A DNA stretch of 50,215 nt from a virus. Taxonomy: Duplodnaviria > Caudoviricetes. The stretch is from positions 1 through 50,215 of IMG/VR virus record IMGVR_UViG_3300017734_000011; one strand, written 5' to 3'. The notes under the pieces were generated by a model that saw only the letters and a program-made list of their open reading frames with translations, searched no databases and had not been told where the DNA came from. Below are positions 1 through 9,553 of this stretch, piece by piece (the stretch's first letter is position 1; each line of letters opens with the position of its first letter). The position numbers and the translations under genes are program-made.

Positions 1-459
1 AAGGTAGGTAGACCTAAATTTGTAGTTACAAAAGAAATGTGTGATAAGGCTGAAGCCTATGCAGCACAAGGATTAACACAAGAACAAATAGCTATGGCGT
101 TAGGTATAGGACTATCTACTCTATACGAAAAGCAGAATGAATTTACAGAGTTTGCAGAAGCTATAAAAAGAGGAAAGGGTAAAGGCATACAGACTATAAC
201 AAATAGGCTTTATGAAAAGGCTCTTGAAGGAGATAATACTGCAATGATCTTTTACCTAAAAAATAGAGCAGGATGGCAAGATAAGATAGAGAAAGAAACA
301 ATAGTAGAGCATAAACAAGTAATAGACTTAACTAGGATATCAGATGAGGAACTTGACAACCTTGAACGAACCCTTAGAAGAGCTTCAACGCAGAGCCTCC
401 AAAGAGAAGATGAGAAGGTCATTGAAGGTGTTCACAAAGAGATCGTGGCAAGCGATTGA
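1..459 (+). CDS. terS: terminase small subunit (5'-truncated by window edge)
   Basis: Frame is open from base 1 (KVGRPKF...). N-terminal HTH (LTQEQIAMALGIGLSTLYE) and AMIFYLKNRAGWQD motif typical of TerS; directly upstream of TerL. Confidence 0.85.
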   Translation, partial: KVGRPKFVVTKEMCDKAEAYAAQGLTQEQIAMALGIGLSTLYEKQNEFTEFAEAIKRGKGKGIQTITNRLYEKALEGDNTAMIFYLKNRAGWQDKIEKETIVEHKQVIDLTRISDEELDNLERTLRRASTQSLQREDEKVIEGVHKEIVASD

Positions 460-1849
460 GCCAGGTAGAGAATTTTACGACAATTGGCATATAGATGCAG
501 TTTCAGAACATCTACAAGCAGTCGTAGAAGGTGATATCAAAAGACTTATAATTAATATTCCACCAAGACACATGAAATCTATAAGTGTTGCAGTAGCATT
601 GCCCGCTTGGACTTGGACTATACAGCCATCTAAAAGGTTCTTGTTTGCTAGTTATGCTGGATCATTGTCTATAAGAGATAGTGTTAAATGTAGAAGGCTT
701 ATCGAAAGCCCTTGGTACAAAAGACATTTTGGTGATACATTCTCATTAACCACAGATCAAAACCAAAAACAAAGATTTGAGAATGATAAAACTGGTCAAA
801 GGATTGCAACCTCAGTAGATGGAGCACTAACTGGTGAAGGTGGTGACATAATTGTTATTGATGACCCTCACAACGTAAGAGAGGCTGAATCATCAACAGT
901 TAGAGAAGGCGTTCTAGAGTGGTGGGATCAGGCTATGCAAACTAGACTGAATGACCCAAAAACTGGAGCATTTATTATAATTATGCAGAGGGTTCATGAG
1001 AACGACCTTACTGGACACATATTAGCGAATGAGTACAATGATTGGGATCATTTATGTTTACCTGCGAGATACGAAATTGGTCACCCAACGCCAACTAGAT
1101 CATCGCTTGGCTTTAGCGACCCAAGAACTCAAGAAGGGGAGTTGTTGTGGGAGAAGAGGATTGATGAGAAAACTCTTGATAATTTGGAAAAAAGTTTGGG
1201 TTCATACGCTAGTGCTGGTCAATTGCAACAAAGACCAATGCCCAAAGGAGGTGGTATCCTCAAAGCAGAATGGTGGGTTCCCTGGGAGAAAGATGAACTT
1301 CCAGAGATTGAATACTTGGTACAAAGCTACGATACTGCGTTCAGTACTAAAGAAACAAGTAGCTACAGTGCAAGAACAACGTGGGGCATCTTTAGGCAAA
1401 ATGGACAAGTAAACGCCATAGTTGTAGAAATGTGGTATGACAAGGTAACTTACCCAGAGTTAAGAAAACTAGCACAAGAAGCATATGATGACTGGCAGCC
1501 AGATACAGTGTTAATAGAAAAGAAAGCTAGTGGTCAAAGTTTGCTACAAGATTTAAGGATGGGTGGTATACCAGTACTAGCTTATTCACCAGATAGAGAC
1601 AAGATTGCAAGGGCACATAGTAGTTCTGCATTGTTAGAGGATGGAAGAATATTCTATCCACAAGGAAAAAAATGGGCTAAAAACCTAATAGATATATGTT
1701 CAGCCTTCCCTGCGGGTGATAATGATGATATAGTTGACACTTGTACACAGGCTTGGCTAAGATTAAGAAAAGGTTGGTTCATCACTCATTCTACAGATTA
1801 TGATGAACAAGATGAAGTTCAGGAGAGAAGGATGACAATATATGGCTAG
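344..1849 (+). CDS. terL: terminase large subunit
   Basis: Walker A variant NIPPRHMKS, Walker B IIVIDDPH, coupling motif IMQR, RNase H-like nuclease residues (SYDTA, IEKKASG, NDDIVD). Confidence 0.95.
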   Translation: MRNLTTLNEPLEELQRRASKEKMRRSLKVFTKRSWQAIEPGREFYDNWHIDAVSEHLQAVVEGDIKRLIINIPPRHMKSISVAVALPAWTWTIQPSKRFLFASYAGSLSIRDSVKCRRLIESPWYKRHFGDTFSLTTDQNQKQRFENDKTGQRIATSVDGALTGEGGDIIVIDDPHNVREAESSTVREGVLEWWDQAMQTRLNDPKTGAFIIIMQRVHENDLTGHILANEYNDWDHLCLPARYEIGHPTPTRSSLGFSDPRTQEGELLWEKRIDEKTLDNLEKSLGSYASAGQLQQRPMPKGGGILKAEWWVPWEKDELPEIEYLVQSYDTAFSTKETSSYSARTTWGIFRQNGQVNAIVVEMWYDKVTYPELRKLAQEAYDDWQPDTVLIEKKASGQSLLQDLRMGGIPVLAYSPDRDKIARAHSSSALLEDGRIFYPQGKKWAKNLIDICSAFPAGDNDDIVDTCTQAWLRLRKGWFITHSTDYDEQDEVQERRMTIYG

Positions 1850-4292
1850 AGAACCTCAAGTAATTCCTTTTGCAGAAGGTATGCCTTCAGACGACTTTCA
1901 AATAGAAGACATTGGAAATGATGAGGTTTTGGTAGGCGATCCATCTTTAGATATTTTGGATGAGGAAGACACATCCTTTGACCAAAATCTCGCAGAAACA
2001 ATTGATGCAAAAGAATTAAATGCAGTAGCAAGCCAATTAATTACGAGTTACGAAGCAGACAAAGAAGCAAGGTCTCAATGGGAAGATAGATACAAGCAAG
2101 GCTTAGAGACACTAGATGTACATGGTGGTCAAGAAGAAGAGGAAGACCAAAGAGCTACAAGAGGATTAAGCAACGTAGTTCATCCTATGATAGCAGAAGC
2201 AGCTACACAATTTAATGCAAGAGCAATAGCAGAATTATACCCAAGTGGCGGGCCAGTTAAGACAATAATAGTTGGTGACCCAAGCGAAGAGATGGAAGAA
2301 CAAGCTCGTAGAGTTAAAGACTTTATGAACTATCAGATTACTCAAGACATGCCAGAGTATTTCCCTGACTTAGACCAAATGTTATTTCAGTTACCATTAA
2401 TTGGACATACATTTAAGAAAGTTTGGTGGGATGCTAATTTAGACAGACAATGCTCACAATTTGTAAAAGCAGAAGACTTTGTAGTTTCTCCAGAGAGTAA
2501 AGACCTTTACACATCAAGCAGATATACACACGTTATTCGTATGCCTAAGAATGACTTTAACAAATATGTTAAGGCTGGGTTCTATTTACCAAGTAAATAC
2601 AGTGGAGAAGATATAGACCCTAGTGGTGATGTAGGTAGTGAGATAGAGGGCGTTGATCCTTATGGAGATAGCGAAGACGAAGTAATGACGCTTCTAGAAA
2701 TACATGCGTATCAATCATTTGATGGCATAGATACTATGGAAGAAGATGATGAAGATAACATGGTCGCCCTTCCTTATGTAATTACAATTGATTACGATGC
2801 AGAAAAGATAGTAAGCGTAAGGCGTAATTGGAGAGAAGAAGACCCTAAGCAAAAGAGAAGAGATTGGTTTGTAAGTTACAAGTTCCTACCTGGGACTGGT
2901 TTCTATGGTTTTGGCTTGTATCACATGATAGGTGGGCTAGGCAAAGCAGCTACTGGATCACTAAGAGCGTTATTAGATTCAGCAGCTTTCGCTAACATGC
3001 AAGGTGGATTTAAGCTCAAAGGCAGAGTTACTGGTGGAGAAATGCAGATAAACCCTGGTGAGTTTGCAGACTTAGATGCCACTGTGGATGATGTAAACAA
3101 AGCTATTATGCCTCTACCTTTTAAAGAGCCTTCAAGCACCTTGTTCAATCTTATGAACGCTATCGCTGATGCTGGAAGAAGGTTTGCTAGTACTGCAGAC
3201 CTAAATGTTGGCGATGTTAACCCAAATGCTCCCGTTGGGTCTACAGTTGCACTGATTGAGCAAGGTAGTAAAGCCTTCAGTGCGATACATAAAAGATTAC
3301 ACTATTCGCAAGGGCAAGAGTTCAAGATGCTTGCCAAGCTAAATGCAGAATATTTGCCAGAGAGTTTTACTTTTGCATTAGGTGGTGTAAGTGAAACTAT
3401 ATTTTCTAGAGACTTTGACGATAGAATAGATGTTATTCCAGTCAGTGACCCTAACATTTTTAGTAGTGCACAAAGAATTGCACAAGCCCAAGCAGTGTTG
3501 CAAATGGCTACCACTAGCCCACAATTATTCGATCAGTATGAATCTAACAAAAGAATGTTAGAAGCAATTCGTATAAATAACATAGATGAAATCTTGAAGA
3601 AGCCAGACGATGCATCAAGGTTAGACCCAATAACTGAAAATACTGCCTTGATGTATGGTAAAGCCATAAGAGCCTTTCCAGACCAAGATCACGAAGCTCA
3701 CATTGCAGTACACTTACAGTTTCTGCAAGACCCATCTTTAGCTGGGAACCCAGGAGCGGCAGCTATGCAACCAATTATGATAGCCCATATAGCTGAACAC
3801 ATAGCCTTGTTATACAGACAAAAGATGCAAGCGAGTATTGGCGTATCCCTACCAACCTTGCCAGAGCTTCGTGACCCTAAGTTTAAGTTTGAAGATATTA
3901 ATCCAGATATGGATAGAATCATAAGCGAAAGAGCAGCAGAAGTTGTGGCTAAAGCACCTCAGATGGAAGCAATTGCACCATTGGCAAAAATGATGCAACA
4001 ACAGCAGCAACAACAAAATCCATTACAATATGCACAAGAGTTAGCGAAACTAGAAGCTGAAGCCCTCAAAGCTAGAACGCAAGTGCAGATACAAGCTGAC
4101 CAAGCAAAGGCACAACAGAAACTAGCTATTAATGAAGCAGAAGCGAAACAAGATTTGCAGATAGAGCAAGCCAAGCTACAAGCAGACTTACAAGCCAAAG
4201 TAGCCAAGTTGGAACTTGAACTGCAGATGGAGCGTGAAAAAAACCAAGCTGAAATACAAAAGGAGATTATCAATGATGCCTCAAGACAATAG
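1842..4292 (+). CDS. portal protein (P22-like, long C-terminal coiled coil)
   Basis: 816 aa directly after TerL; GHTFKKVWWD and FYGFGL motifs; Gln/Ala-rich C-terminal helix. Confidence 0.9.
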   Translation: MAREPQVIPFAEGMPSDDFQIEDIGNDEVLVGDPSLDILDEEDTSFDQNLAETIDAKELNAVASQLITSYEADKEARSQWEDRYKQGLETLDVHGGQEEEEDQRATRGLSNVVHPMIAEAATQFNARAIAELYPSGGPVKTIIVGDPSEEMEEQARRVKDFMNYQITQDMPEYFPDLDQMLFQLPLIGHTFKKVWWDANLDRQCSQFVKAEDFVVSPESKDLYTSSRYTHVIRMPKNDFNKYVKAGFYLPSKYSGEDIDPSGDVGSEIEGVDPYGDSEDEVMTLLEIHAYQSFDGIDTMEEDDEDNMVALPYVITIDYDAEKIVSVRRNWREEDPKQKRRDWFVSYKFLPGTGFYGFGLYHMIGGLGKAATGSLRALLDSAAFANMQGGFKLKGRVTGGEMQINPGEFADLDATVDDVNKAIMPLPFKEPSSTLFNLMNAIADAGRRFASTADLNVGDVNPNAPVGSTVALIEQGSKAFSAIHKRLHYSQGQEFKMLAKLNAEYLPESFTFALGGVSETIFSRDFDDRIDVIPVSDPNIFSSAQRIAQAQAVLQMATTSPQLFDQYESNKRMLEAIRINNIDEILKKPDDASRLDPITENTALMYGKAIRAFPDQDHEAHIAVHLQFLQDPSLAGNPGAAAMQPIMIAHIAEHIALLYRQKMQASIGVSLPTLPELRDPKFKFEDINPDMDRIISERAAEVVAKAPQMEAIAPLAKMMQQQQQQQNPLQYAQELAKLEAEALKARTQVQIQADQAKAQQKLAINEAEAKQDLQIEQAKLQADLQAKVAKLELELQMEREKNQAEIQKEIINDASRQ

Positions 4293-4683
4293 AATGATGA
4301 CAGGGGCGACTATGACCCCAAACGAAATGGCTAGAGAGAACATTCCACCAAATATGGATATGGGTCTTGAAAGTATGCCATTGGACATGGATGCCATAAA
4401 CGAAGTTCGTTTACTTATGGACTTGGGATTAAATCCACAAGATGCTATGGAAGCAGTAGTAAGAAAACGAGCAATGGGCACAGTGAGACCAGAAGAATTT
4501 GGTGGTCAGCAAATGCAAGCTCCTATGCCAAGACCTCAGACAATGGGTGGTCAGCAAATGCCACAACAATTAGGTGCATTACCTCAAATGCCACCTCAAG
4601 CACCACCACCAAGACCTGTTCAAAGAATGGATTCAGATAGAACCCAAGATATGGAAATGCAAAAATTCAATATGGGCACATAG
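4273..4683 (+). CDS. hypothetical Met/Pro/Gln-rich protein
   Basis: AGGAG at 4261 favours ATG 4273 over the ORF-track start; low complexity; contains QLGALP. Confidence 0.7.
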   Translation: MMPQDNRMMTGATMTPNEMARENIPPNMDMGLESMPLDMDAINEVRLLMDLGLNPQDAMEAVVRKRAMGTVRPEEFGGQQMQAPMPRPQTMGGQQMPQQLGALPQMPPQAPPPRPVQRMDSDRTQDMEMQKFNMGT

Positions 4684-4692
4684 GATATATAA

Positions 4693-5730
4693 ATGGCTAG
4701 AGGCGACCAATACGGGGGCTATGGGGCGTTAAGTGACGCTTTAGGCAAAACTGATATGAGCATTGCAGATAAAGGATTAGGTATTGCTACAGGCTTTGGC
4801 ATTGGTAAAGGTCTTACAGAAATAAGCAATCCTCTTGGCGTAGCTTATAGCATTGGTAAAAGCGTTATGGGAATGACGCCTCAGCAACAAGCAGCTCAAG
4901 TCATGGGTAAAGAGTTTGGCTTTCAAGATGTTGTCAATACATTAAATCCATTTGGCACAACCAATGTAGATAAGCTTGCAACACAATTAGATGTAGATAA
5001 AAGTGGTAATTTAAGTCCAAGCGAAATATCACAAGGTATTGGTTATGGATATGGAAACGTACATGATGTTGTGTCAAGTATATCACCATTTGGTCCTGGA
5101 ACTAATGTAACTAACCCACAAACTTACACTTATAGCAAAAGCCAAGCACAAAGCATAGGTTCTGGAATTGGTAGTGGTGTTGGAGCAACTGGTGATCGTG
5201 GTGGAGCAAAAGGTGTAGGATATAGTGGAAGTAAGGGTGGATTTCTTGGATTTGGTAAGGCAGAAGGGGTTGATTCTAGTCAAAGCCAACAAACAGGAGC
5301 TCAAACTTCAATTACAGATACAACATCGCCTGGTAAAGACTTGTCAAATACATTTAGTGATGACGCAGCAACTCCCTCTGATTCATCAACTTACATATGT
5401 ACTGCACTATACGAAATGGGTGATATGAAAAAATATATCTACAAATATGATCAGATATATGGAAAACGTGTAGACCCATTGGTGTATAAAGGCTATTGTG
5501 TATGGGGAAAATATGTAGCTACAAAAATGAGAAACAAAGGAATAGTCTACAAAATCGCTAAGCCTTTAGCGTTAGCTTGGGCAAAACAAATGGCTTATGA
5601 CTTATCTAAGGGAAGATATGGCAAGAAGAGCAAGGTAGTTAAGGTTATAAGTAAAGTAGGCGAAGGCGTATGTTACGCTTTGGGATTTGTATCTAATATC
5701 AAGCAACTTATAGGAGAAAAACATGGCTGA
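4693..5730 (+). CDS. Gly/Ser-rich putative virion protein with C-terminal ICxxL...GYxxW domain
   Basis: 345 aa ORF with SD; the C-terminal ~100 aa align by eye with the C-terminus of 34795..36264. Confidence 0.75.
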   Translation: MARGDQYGGYGALSDALGKTDMSIADKGLGIATGFGIGKGLTEISNPLGVAYSIGKSVMGMTPQQQAAQVMGKEFGFQDVVNTLNPFGTTNVDKLATQLDVDKSGNLSPSEISQGIGYGYGNVHDVVSSISPFGPGTNVTNPQTYTYSKSQAQSIGSGIGSGVGATGDRGGAKGVGYSGSKGGFLGFGKAEGVDSSQSQQTGAQTSITDTTSPGKDLSNTFSDDAATPSDSSTYICTALYEMGDMKKYIYKYDQIYGKRVDPLVYKGYCVWGKYVATKMRNKGIVYKIAKPLALAWAKQMAYDLSKGRYGKKSKVVKVISKVGEGVCYALGFVSNIKQLIGEKHG

Positions 5731-6007
5731 TATCAACATAGAAAACATGGAAGAGAACGCTGAACTTTTCATGGAAAAAATGGGCTTCCCTCATAATGCA
5801 CCAGGTTTAGAACTATCTGACGATCAGTTAGTTAACTTTCTATTGTTATGTTACCAAGGTATGATGCTTCCAGACGAAGATGAGGAAGAGGATTACGAAG
5901 AGATGGATGGAGACGTTAAGGTCAAAGTCATGAAAGTAGATAGTGGCGATATGAGAGGCGTCATGGATGAGATACTTGGTCATGGCTCACCAAAGATAGG
6001 AATGTAG
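5723..6007 (+). CDS. hypothetical acidic protein
   Basis: AGGAG SD, overlaps previous stop, 94 aa. Confidence 0.75.
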   Translation: MADINIENMEENAELFMEKMGFPHNAPGLELSDDQLVNFLLLCYQGMMLPDEDEEEDYEEMDGDVKVKVMKVDSGDMRGVMDEILGHGSPKIGM

Positions 6008-6009
6008 AT

Positions 6010-6144
6010 ATGCCAGGAAAAGTATATTCACCAAAACAAAAAAAGATTGCTAACATGGCAAAGCCAAAGAACAAGCTTACTGGTGCAGATTTTAAAAAAC
6101 TATCTATGATAAAGAAAAAGAAGTCTAAAACAAAGAAGGCATAA
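6010..6144 (+). CDS. small Lys-rich protein (44 aa, not in ORF track)
   Basis: Hand translation MPGKVYSPKQKKIANMAKPKNKLTGADFKKLSMIKKKKSKTKKA; fills the gap between neighbours exactly. Confidence 0.75.
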   Translation: MPGKVYSPKQKKIANMAKPKNKLTGADFKKLSMIKKKKSKTKKA

Positions 6145-7401
6145 ATGGCTAAAGGTAAGTTTCTATTAGAATTTCTGACTAAGAACTTTAAGCCTTTATT
6201 CAGTGAGAATGAACTTGGTGCTTTAGGTAATGTAGCCACTACAGAGCAAATCAAGAAAGAATTTGGAGCATTGCCTAAGTTTGAGATAACTGGCGATGAC
6301 ATACTTGGAGCTTTTGGAAATAGAACAAGAGCTATAGATATGTATAAAGATAACGCTCTTCCATTTCAAAGAGGTTACACTAAACTTGTTAGAGACCCAC
6401 TAAAAGATTTTAGTATGAGAGGGCAAGTTGGAGCTTTGCAACAAAACCCTACACTTGCTACAGATGCATCTGTTTTACAAGGCAAAACAATAATACCCAT
6501 AGTTGGAGATAGAACAAGCAGAGATGTAATAATAACAGGCATTGGAGATTTAGACTTTGACAAGCCAGTTAGAACATTTGGTGGTGTTCAATTTATGGAT
6601 GATCCAAATCAAGGTTGGGCATCTATGATGGAGGCTATGAAGTCTTTTAACAAAAAAGTTGAGACTGTGGAAGAGATGGGTGGTAAGCCTGTTGGTATGA
6701 CAACAACTATGGGAGAAAGAGGTGGAGACTTCTCTTTAGACACTGCAAATGTAATTATAGAATCATTAAAGGTTAAGAAAAATACTAAGAAAAACCTAAA
6801 TGAAATGACAAAAATTATTAAAAACCAACAATATAGAAAGGGTGAAAAAACATCTCAGCCTTTTGAAAAAGTACCTAATCTTAATAATGTTGAAGAATTT
6901 GCAAACTATTTCAGAACTTTACCTGGATCTGCAAGAGCAGAGTTGGTAAAGCTATTCGATAAAGGAGAAATGCAAAATTTAGGAGCACCAAATATAGGGC
7001 AAATAAGAATAGCAACTTCTAACCCAGGTCTACTAGATGCAGACTTTCTTGGTATGGGAGCAAGATTTACTGATTTAAAATCAGGTGTAGTGCCAAGTAA
7101 ACATCCAACATATGATTCACAAATCATGAAAGCTTCAGATGCAGAGGTGTATACGTTTGGTACAAATATTCCAAAAACAATTATGCTAAGAGAGCCTATG
7201 GCTAAAGTTAGATCAGAGGGCAAGGGGCTAGGTCAATTCAAATCTATGCCTGCAGATTACAGAAAGTTAGCCATGAATACCCCAGTCCAAGTAGCAGATC
7301 AACAGTTAATAGATGAGGCGTCTAAATTTCTAGAAATACAAAGAACACTAGGCGATGAAGAAGCATATAAGTACGCACAAAGTTTAATACCAGCAACATA
7401 G
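6145..7401 (+). CDS. hypothetical protein, putative virion cargo
   Basis: 418 aa; three GAL motifs in the first ~100 aa followed by a globular domain (GDRT, GGVQFM, WASM, HPTY). Confidence 0.8.
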   Translation: MAKGKFLLEFLTKNFKPLFSENELGALGNVATTEQIKKEFGALPKFEITGDDILGAFGNRTRAIDMYKDNALPFQRGYTKLVRDPLKDFSMRGQVGALQQNPTLATDASVLQGKTIIPIVGDRTSRDVIITGIGDLDFDKPVRTFGGVQFMDDPNQGWASMMEAMKSFNKKVETVEEMGGKPVGMTTTMGERGGDFSLDTANVIIESLKVKKNTKKNLNEMTKIIKNQQYRKGEKTSQPFEKVPNLNNVEEFANYFRTLPGSARAELVKLFDKGEMQNLGAPNIGQIRIATSNPGLLDADFLGMGARFTDLKSGVVPSKHPTYDSQIMKASDAEVYTFGTNIPKTIMLREPMAKVRSEGKGLGQFKSMPADYRKLAMNTPVQVADQQLIDEASKFLEIQRTLGDEEAYKYAQSLIPAT

Positions 7402-7409
7402 GAGATAAC

Positions 7410-7589
7410 ATGTCTAAGAAACCAGGATTATACGCTAACATACATGCGAAGAGAAAAAGAATAGCTGCAGGCAGCGGAGAGAAAATGAGAAAAAAGGGTG
7501 AAAAGGGTGCACCAGCTAAGGGTACGTTTGCTAAGATAGCGAAACAAGAAAAGAAAAAGAAAAGCAAGAAAAAAACAAGGAAAGTATAA
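7410..7589 (+). CDS. small Lys-rich protein (59 aa, not in ORF track)
   Basis: AGGAG SD; MSKKPGLYANIHAKRKRIAAGSGEKMRKKG..., a type I recall from marine phages. Confidence 0.8.
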   Translation: MSKKPGLYANIHAKRKRIAAGSGEKMRKKGEKGAPAKGTFAKIAKQEKKKKSKKKTRKV

Positions 7590-7768
7590 TGGCTAAAGGC
7601 GTTAATCATTACTTCAAAGATGGCACTAAATATACTGGGGCAACACACAAGGATGCCAAAGGTAAAGTTATGTCAGGTGCTAGACATACTAAAAACAGTA
7701 AGTATTTAGTACATATGAAGGATTTATCTGCGACTGCAAAAAAGAAAGCAAAGAAAGCTAATGGCTAA
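7589..7768 (+). CDS. small basic His-containing protein (59 aa, not in ORF track)
   Basis: TAATG coupling; MAKGVNHYFKDGTKYTGATHKDAKGKVMSGARHTKNSKYLVH... Confidence 0.8.
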   Translation: MAKGVNHYFKDGTKYTGATHKDAKGKVMSGARHTKNSKYLVHMKDLSATAKKKAKKANG

Positions 7769-8018
7769 GTATAAAGGTAAAAGTGTATCTCTAAATAAGC
7801 CTAGAAGAATAGCAAAGGGCGAAACATCCTATGGCAAGAAGAAGTCAGTTGTTTATGTAATGGATGGAGATAAAGTAAAGCGTGTGACATTTGGTGACCC
7901 AAACATGCGAATTAAGAAAAACCAAAAAGGAAACAGAAAGAGCTTTAGGTCTAGACATAACTGTGACAATCCAGGACCAAAGACTAAGGCAAGATATTGG
8001 TCATGTAAGGCGTGGTAA
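7761..8018 (+). CDS. small basic protein (FGDPNM...FRSRHNCD...RYWSCKAW type)
   Basis: 85 aa, Lys-rich, motif set familiar from phage hypothetical proteins. Confidence 0.8.
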   Translation: MAKYKGKSVSLNKPRRIAKGETSYGKKKSVVYVMDGDKVKRVTFGDPNMRIKKNQKGNRKSFRSRHNCDNPGPKTKARYWSCKAW

Positions 8019-8019
8019 G

Positions 8020-8787
8020 ATGAACCCATTTGGTGTATTCGCAAAATTAATAAACAAAGGCGTAAGAAGCAAAGATGCAGTGCCATATCAAGGTGCTGGT
8101 GAAGTTTTAGATGATATGCCTACTGAAGAGCAGTTAAGAGAGTTAGGCAACTTACCAACTGAGCAAGAGTTAATAGAAAGAGGCTTTGACCCTTCGACTT
8201 TCTATCATGGAAGCCCAGTAAAAAATATTGATGAGTTTGTGCCACAAGCTTCTGACAGAACTGTTTTTGGAGGATTTAGAGACAAAAGAGTTGGTGAACC
8301 AGTAACATTCTTTAGTCAAGACCCAAGATATGTTGAAGGCTTTGCACTTAAGGGAGGTATGCCTGTAAATAAAGGTGGTCTTACCTACTATATGCCTCAT
8401 GAAAGTTCCAGAATATATCCAGTCAAAATTAAAATGAACAATGTATATGATTATAAAAACCCTCAACACCAAGAAATGTTAGAGCAACAACTAGGAGAAA
8501 GCCTAGATATGGATGTAAAGATTGGTGATGCATTTGTGTTACAAGACCCCAAAATAAGTAAAGCTATAAAAGATTTGGGCTTTGAAGGCTTTCTTACTAA
8601 CGAAACAGCTAGGTTTGGCAATAAAACAGTTGGTTTATTCTATCCAGAGAAGGGCAATGTAAGAAGTGTATTTGCACAATTTGACCCAGAGAAATCAGAC
8701 AAAGGTAATATATATGCTTCTATAATACCACCAATGGCAACTGCAGTAGGTGTTGGAGCACTAGCTGGACTAGATGAGAGCACATAA
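8020..8787 (+). CDS. ADP-ribosyltransferase-like protein (ART-PolyVal type)
   Basis: FYHGS...FFSQDP...IYPVKIK...GFEGF...NVRSVFAQFDP pattern matches the ART domain of polyvalent proteins. True start is probably ATG 8020, right after the previous stop. Confidence 0.7.
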   Translation: MNPFGVFAKLINKGVRSKDAVPYQGAGEVLDDMPTEEQLRELGNLPTEQELIERGFDPSTFYHGSPVKNIDEFVPQASDRTVFGGFRDKRVGEPVTFFSQDPRYVEGFALKGGMPVNKGGLTYYMPHESSRIYPVKIKMNNVYDYKNPQHQEMLEQQLGESLDMDVKIGDAFVLQDPKISKAIKDLGFEGFLTNETARFGNKTVGLFYPEKGNVRSVFAQFDPEKSDKGNIYASIIPPMATAVGVGALAGLDEST

Positions 8788-9359
8788 TGGTAAAACCTAT
8801 AGTAAAAGGAATTACTTACGTTTTAGACGCCCTTGGAAACAAGATAGGAGCATTGCCAAGCACTAGCAAAAGCTTAAGTGAGTATTCTGATATTATTGAC
8901 CAAAGTGTACAGTTAGACACCCCAGACGCTTATAAAAACTTATTTCATACAGATAAAGAGTTTGCCAAAGGTTATGGTGGGGAGTTAAAGTCTGGAGCTT
9001 TGAAATTTGGTAGTGAAGATATGCCTCCATCATTAACAGACAAAGAGCTTACTGATGCTCAAAAAGAGATACAAGAACTTACACAAGATTATCTAAAAGA
9101 CTTGCCAGAAGAAATAACAGTTTATAGATATGGCGATTTAGATGCAAATAGTGGTGTTAGTTCGTTTACATTAAACCCTAATTACAATGTTGATCTTAGC
9201 TTGCCTTGGCAAAAGCGATTGCAAAGTCCACTGCAAGCATTTAAAGTAAAGAAAAAAGATATACTAGCAAGCCCAGACATAAACGCCTTCTTTGGTGGTG
9301 GCAGAACATTTGATGAGCAAGAAGTTATTATTAGCAATGACAAAGTAAAGGTTGAGTAA
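8787..9359 (+). CDS. putative R-S-E class ADP-ribosyltransferase
   Basis: Ordered motifs ITVYRYG, VSSFTLN and DEQEVII correspond to the R, S-x-(S/T) and ExE elements. Confidence 0.6.
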   Translation: MVKPIVKGITYVLDALGNKIGALPSTSKSLSEYSDIIDQSVQLDTPDAYKNLFHTDKEFAKGYGGELKSGALKFGSEDMPPSLTDKELTDAQKEIQELTQDYLKDLPEEITVYRYGDLDANSGVSSFTLNPNYNVDLSLPWQKRLQSPLQAFKVKKKDILASPDINAFFGGGRTFDEQEVIISNDKVKVE

Positions 9360-9553
9360 TGGCTAAGAGAACAAAAATAAAAAAGGTAGCTAACGCTGAA
9401 ATAAGAGCTGCTAAGAAATTTTTAAAATCAAAAGGTCTCGAATCTGATGAGGTAAGCCCAAAGAAGTTTGCTACTGCAGCTAAAAAGCTAGATAAAGGCT
9501 TTCAAGAAACCTTAGAGATATTGGCTAGAACACTATCAGCAGGACAAGTGTAA
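9359..9553 (+). CDS. small basic protein
   Basis: 64 aa, TAATG-coupled on both sides. Confidence 0.75.
   Translation: MAKRTKIKKVANAEIRAAKKFLKSKGLESDEVSPKKFATAAKKLDKGFQETLEILARTLSAGQV

Noticed and set aside
344-459. 116-nt terS/terL overlap as a possible frameshift signal
   Set aside because: Such overlaps are common for terminase genes, terL has a plausible AGGA SD, and no slippery site was evident.
1029-1412. 127-aa alternative-frame ORF inside terL
   Set aside because: Fully nested, no recognisable motifs; terL itself is uninterrupted, with no intron or intein evident.
3959-4273. - strand ORF with poly-Cys and a CAA/CAG run near 4000
   Set aside because: Mirror of the portal's poly-Gln coiled coil; neither a gene nor a meaningful microsatellite.
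7891-8019. ORF-track N-terminal extension of the ART gene
   Set aside because: Overlaps the 7761 gene; ATG 8020 directly after its stop is the more plausible start.
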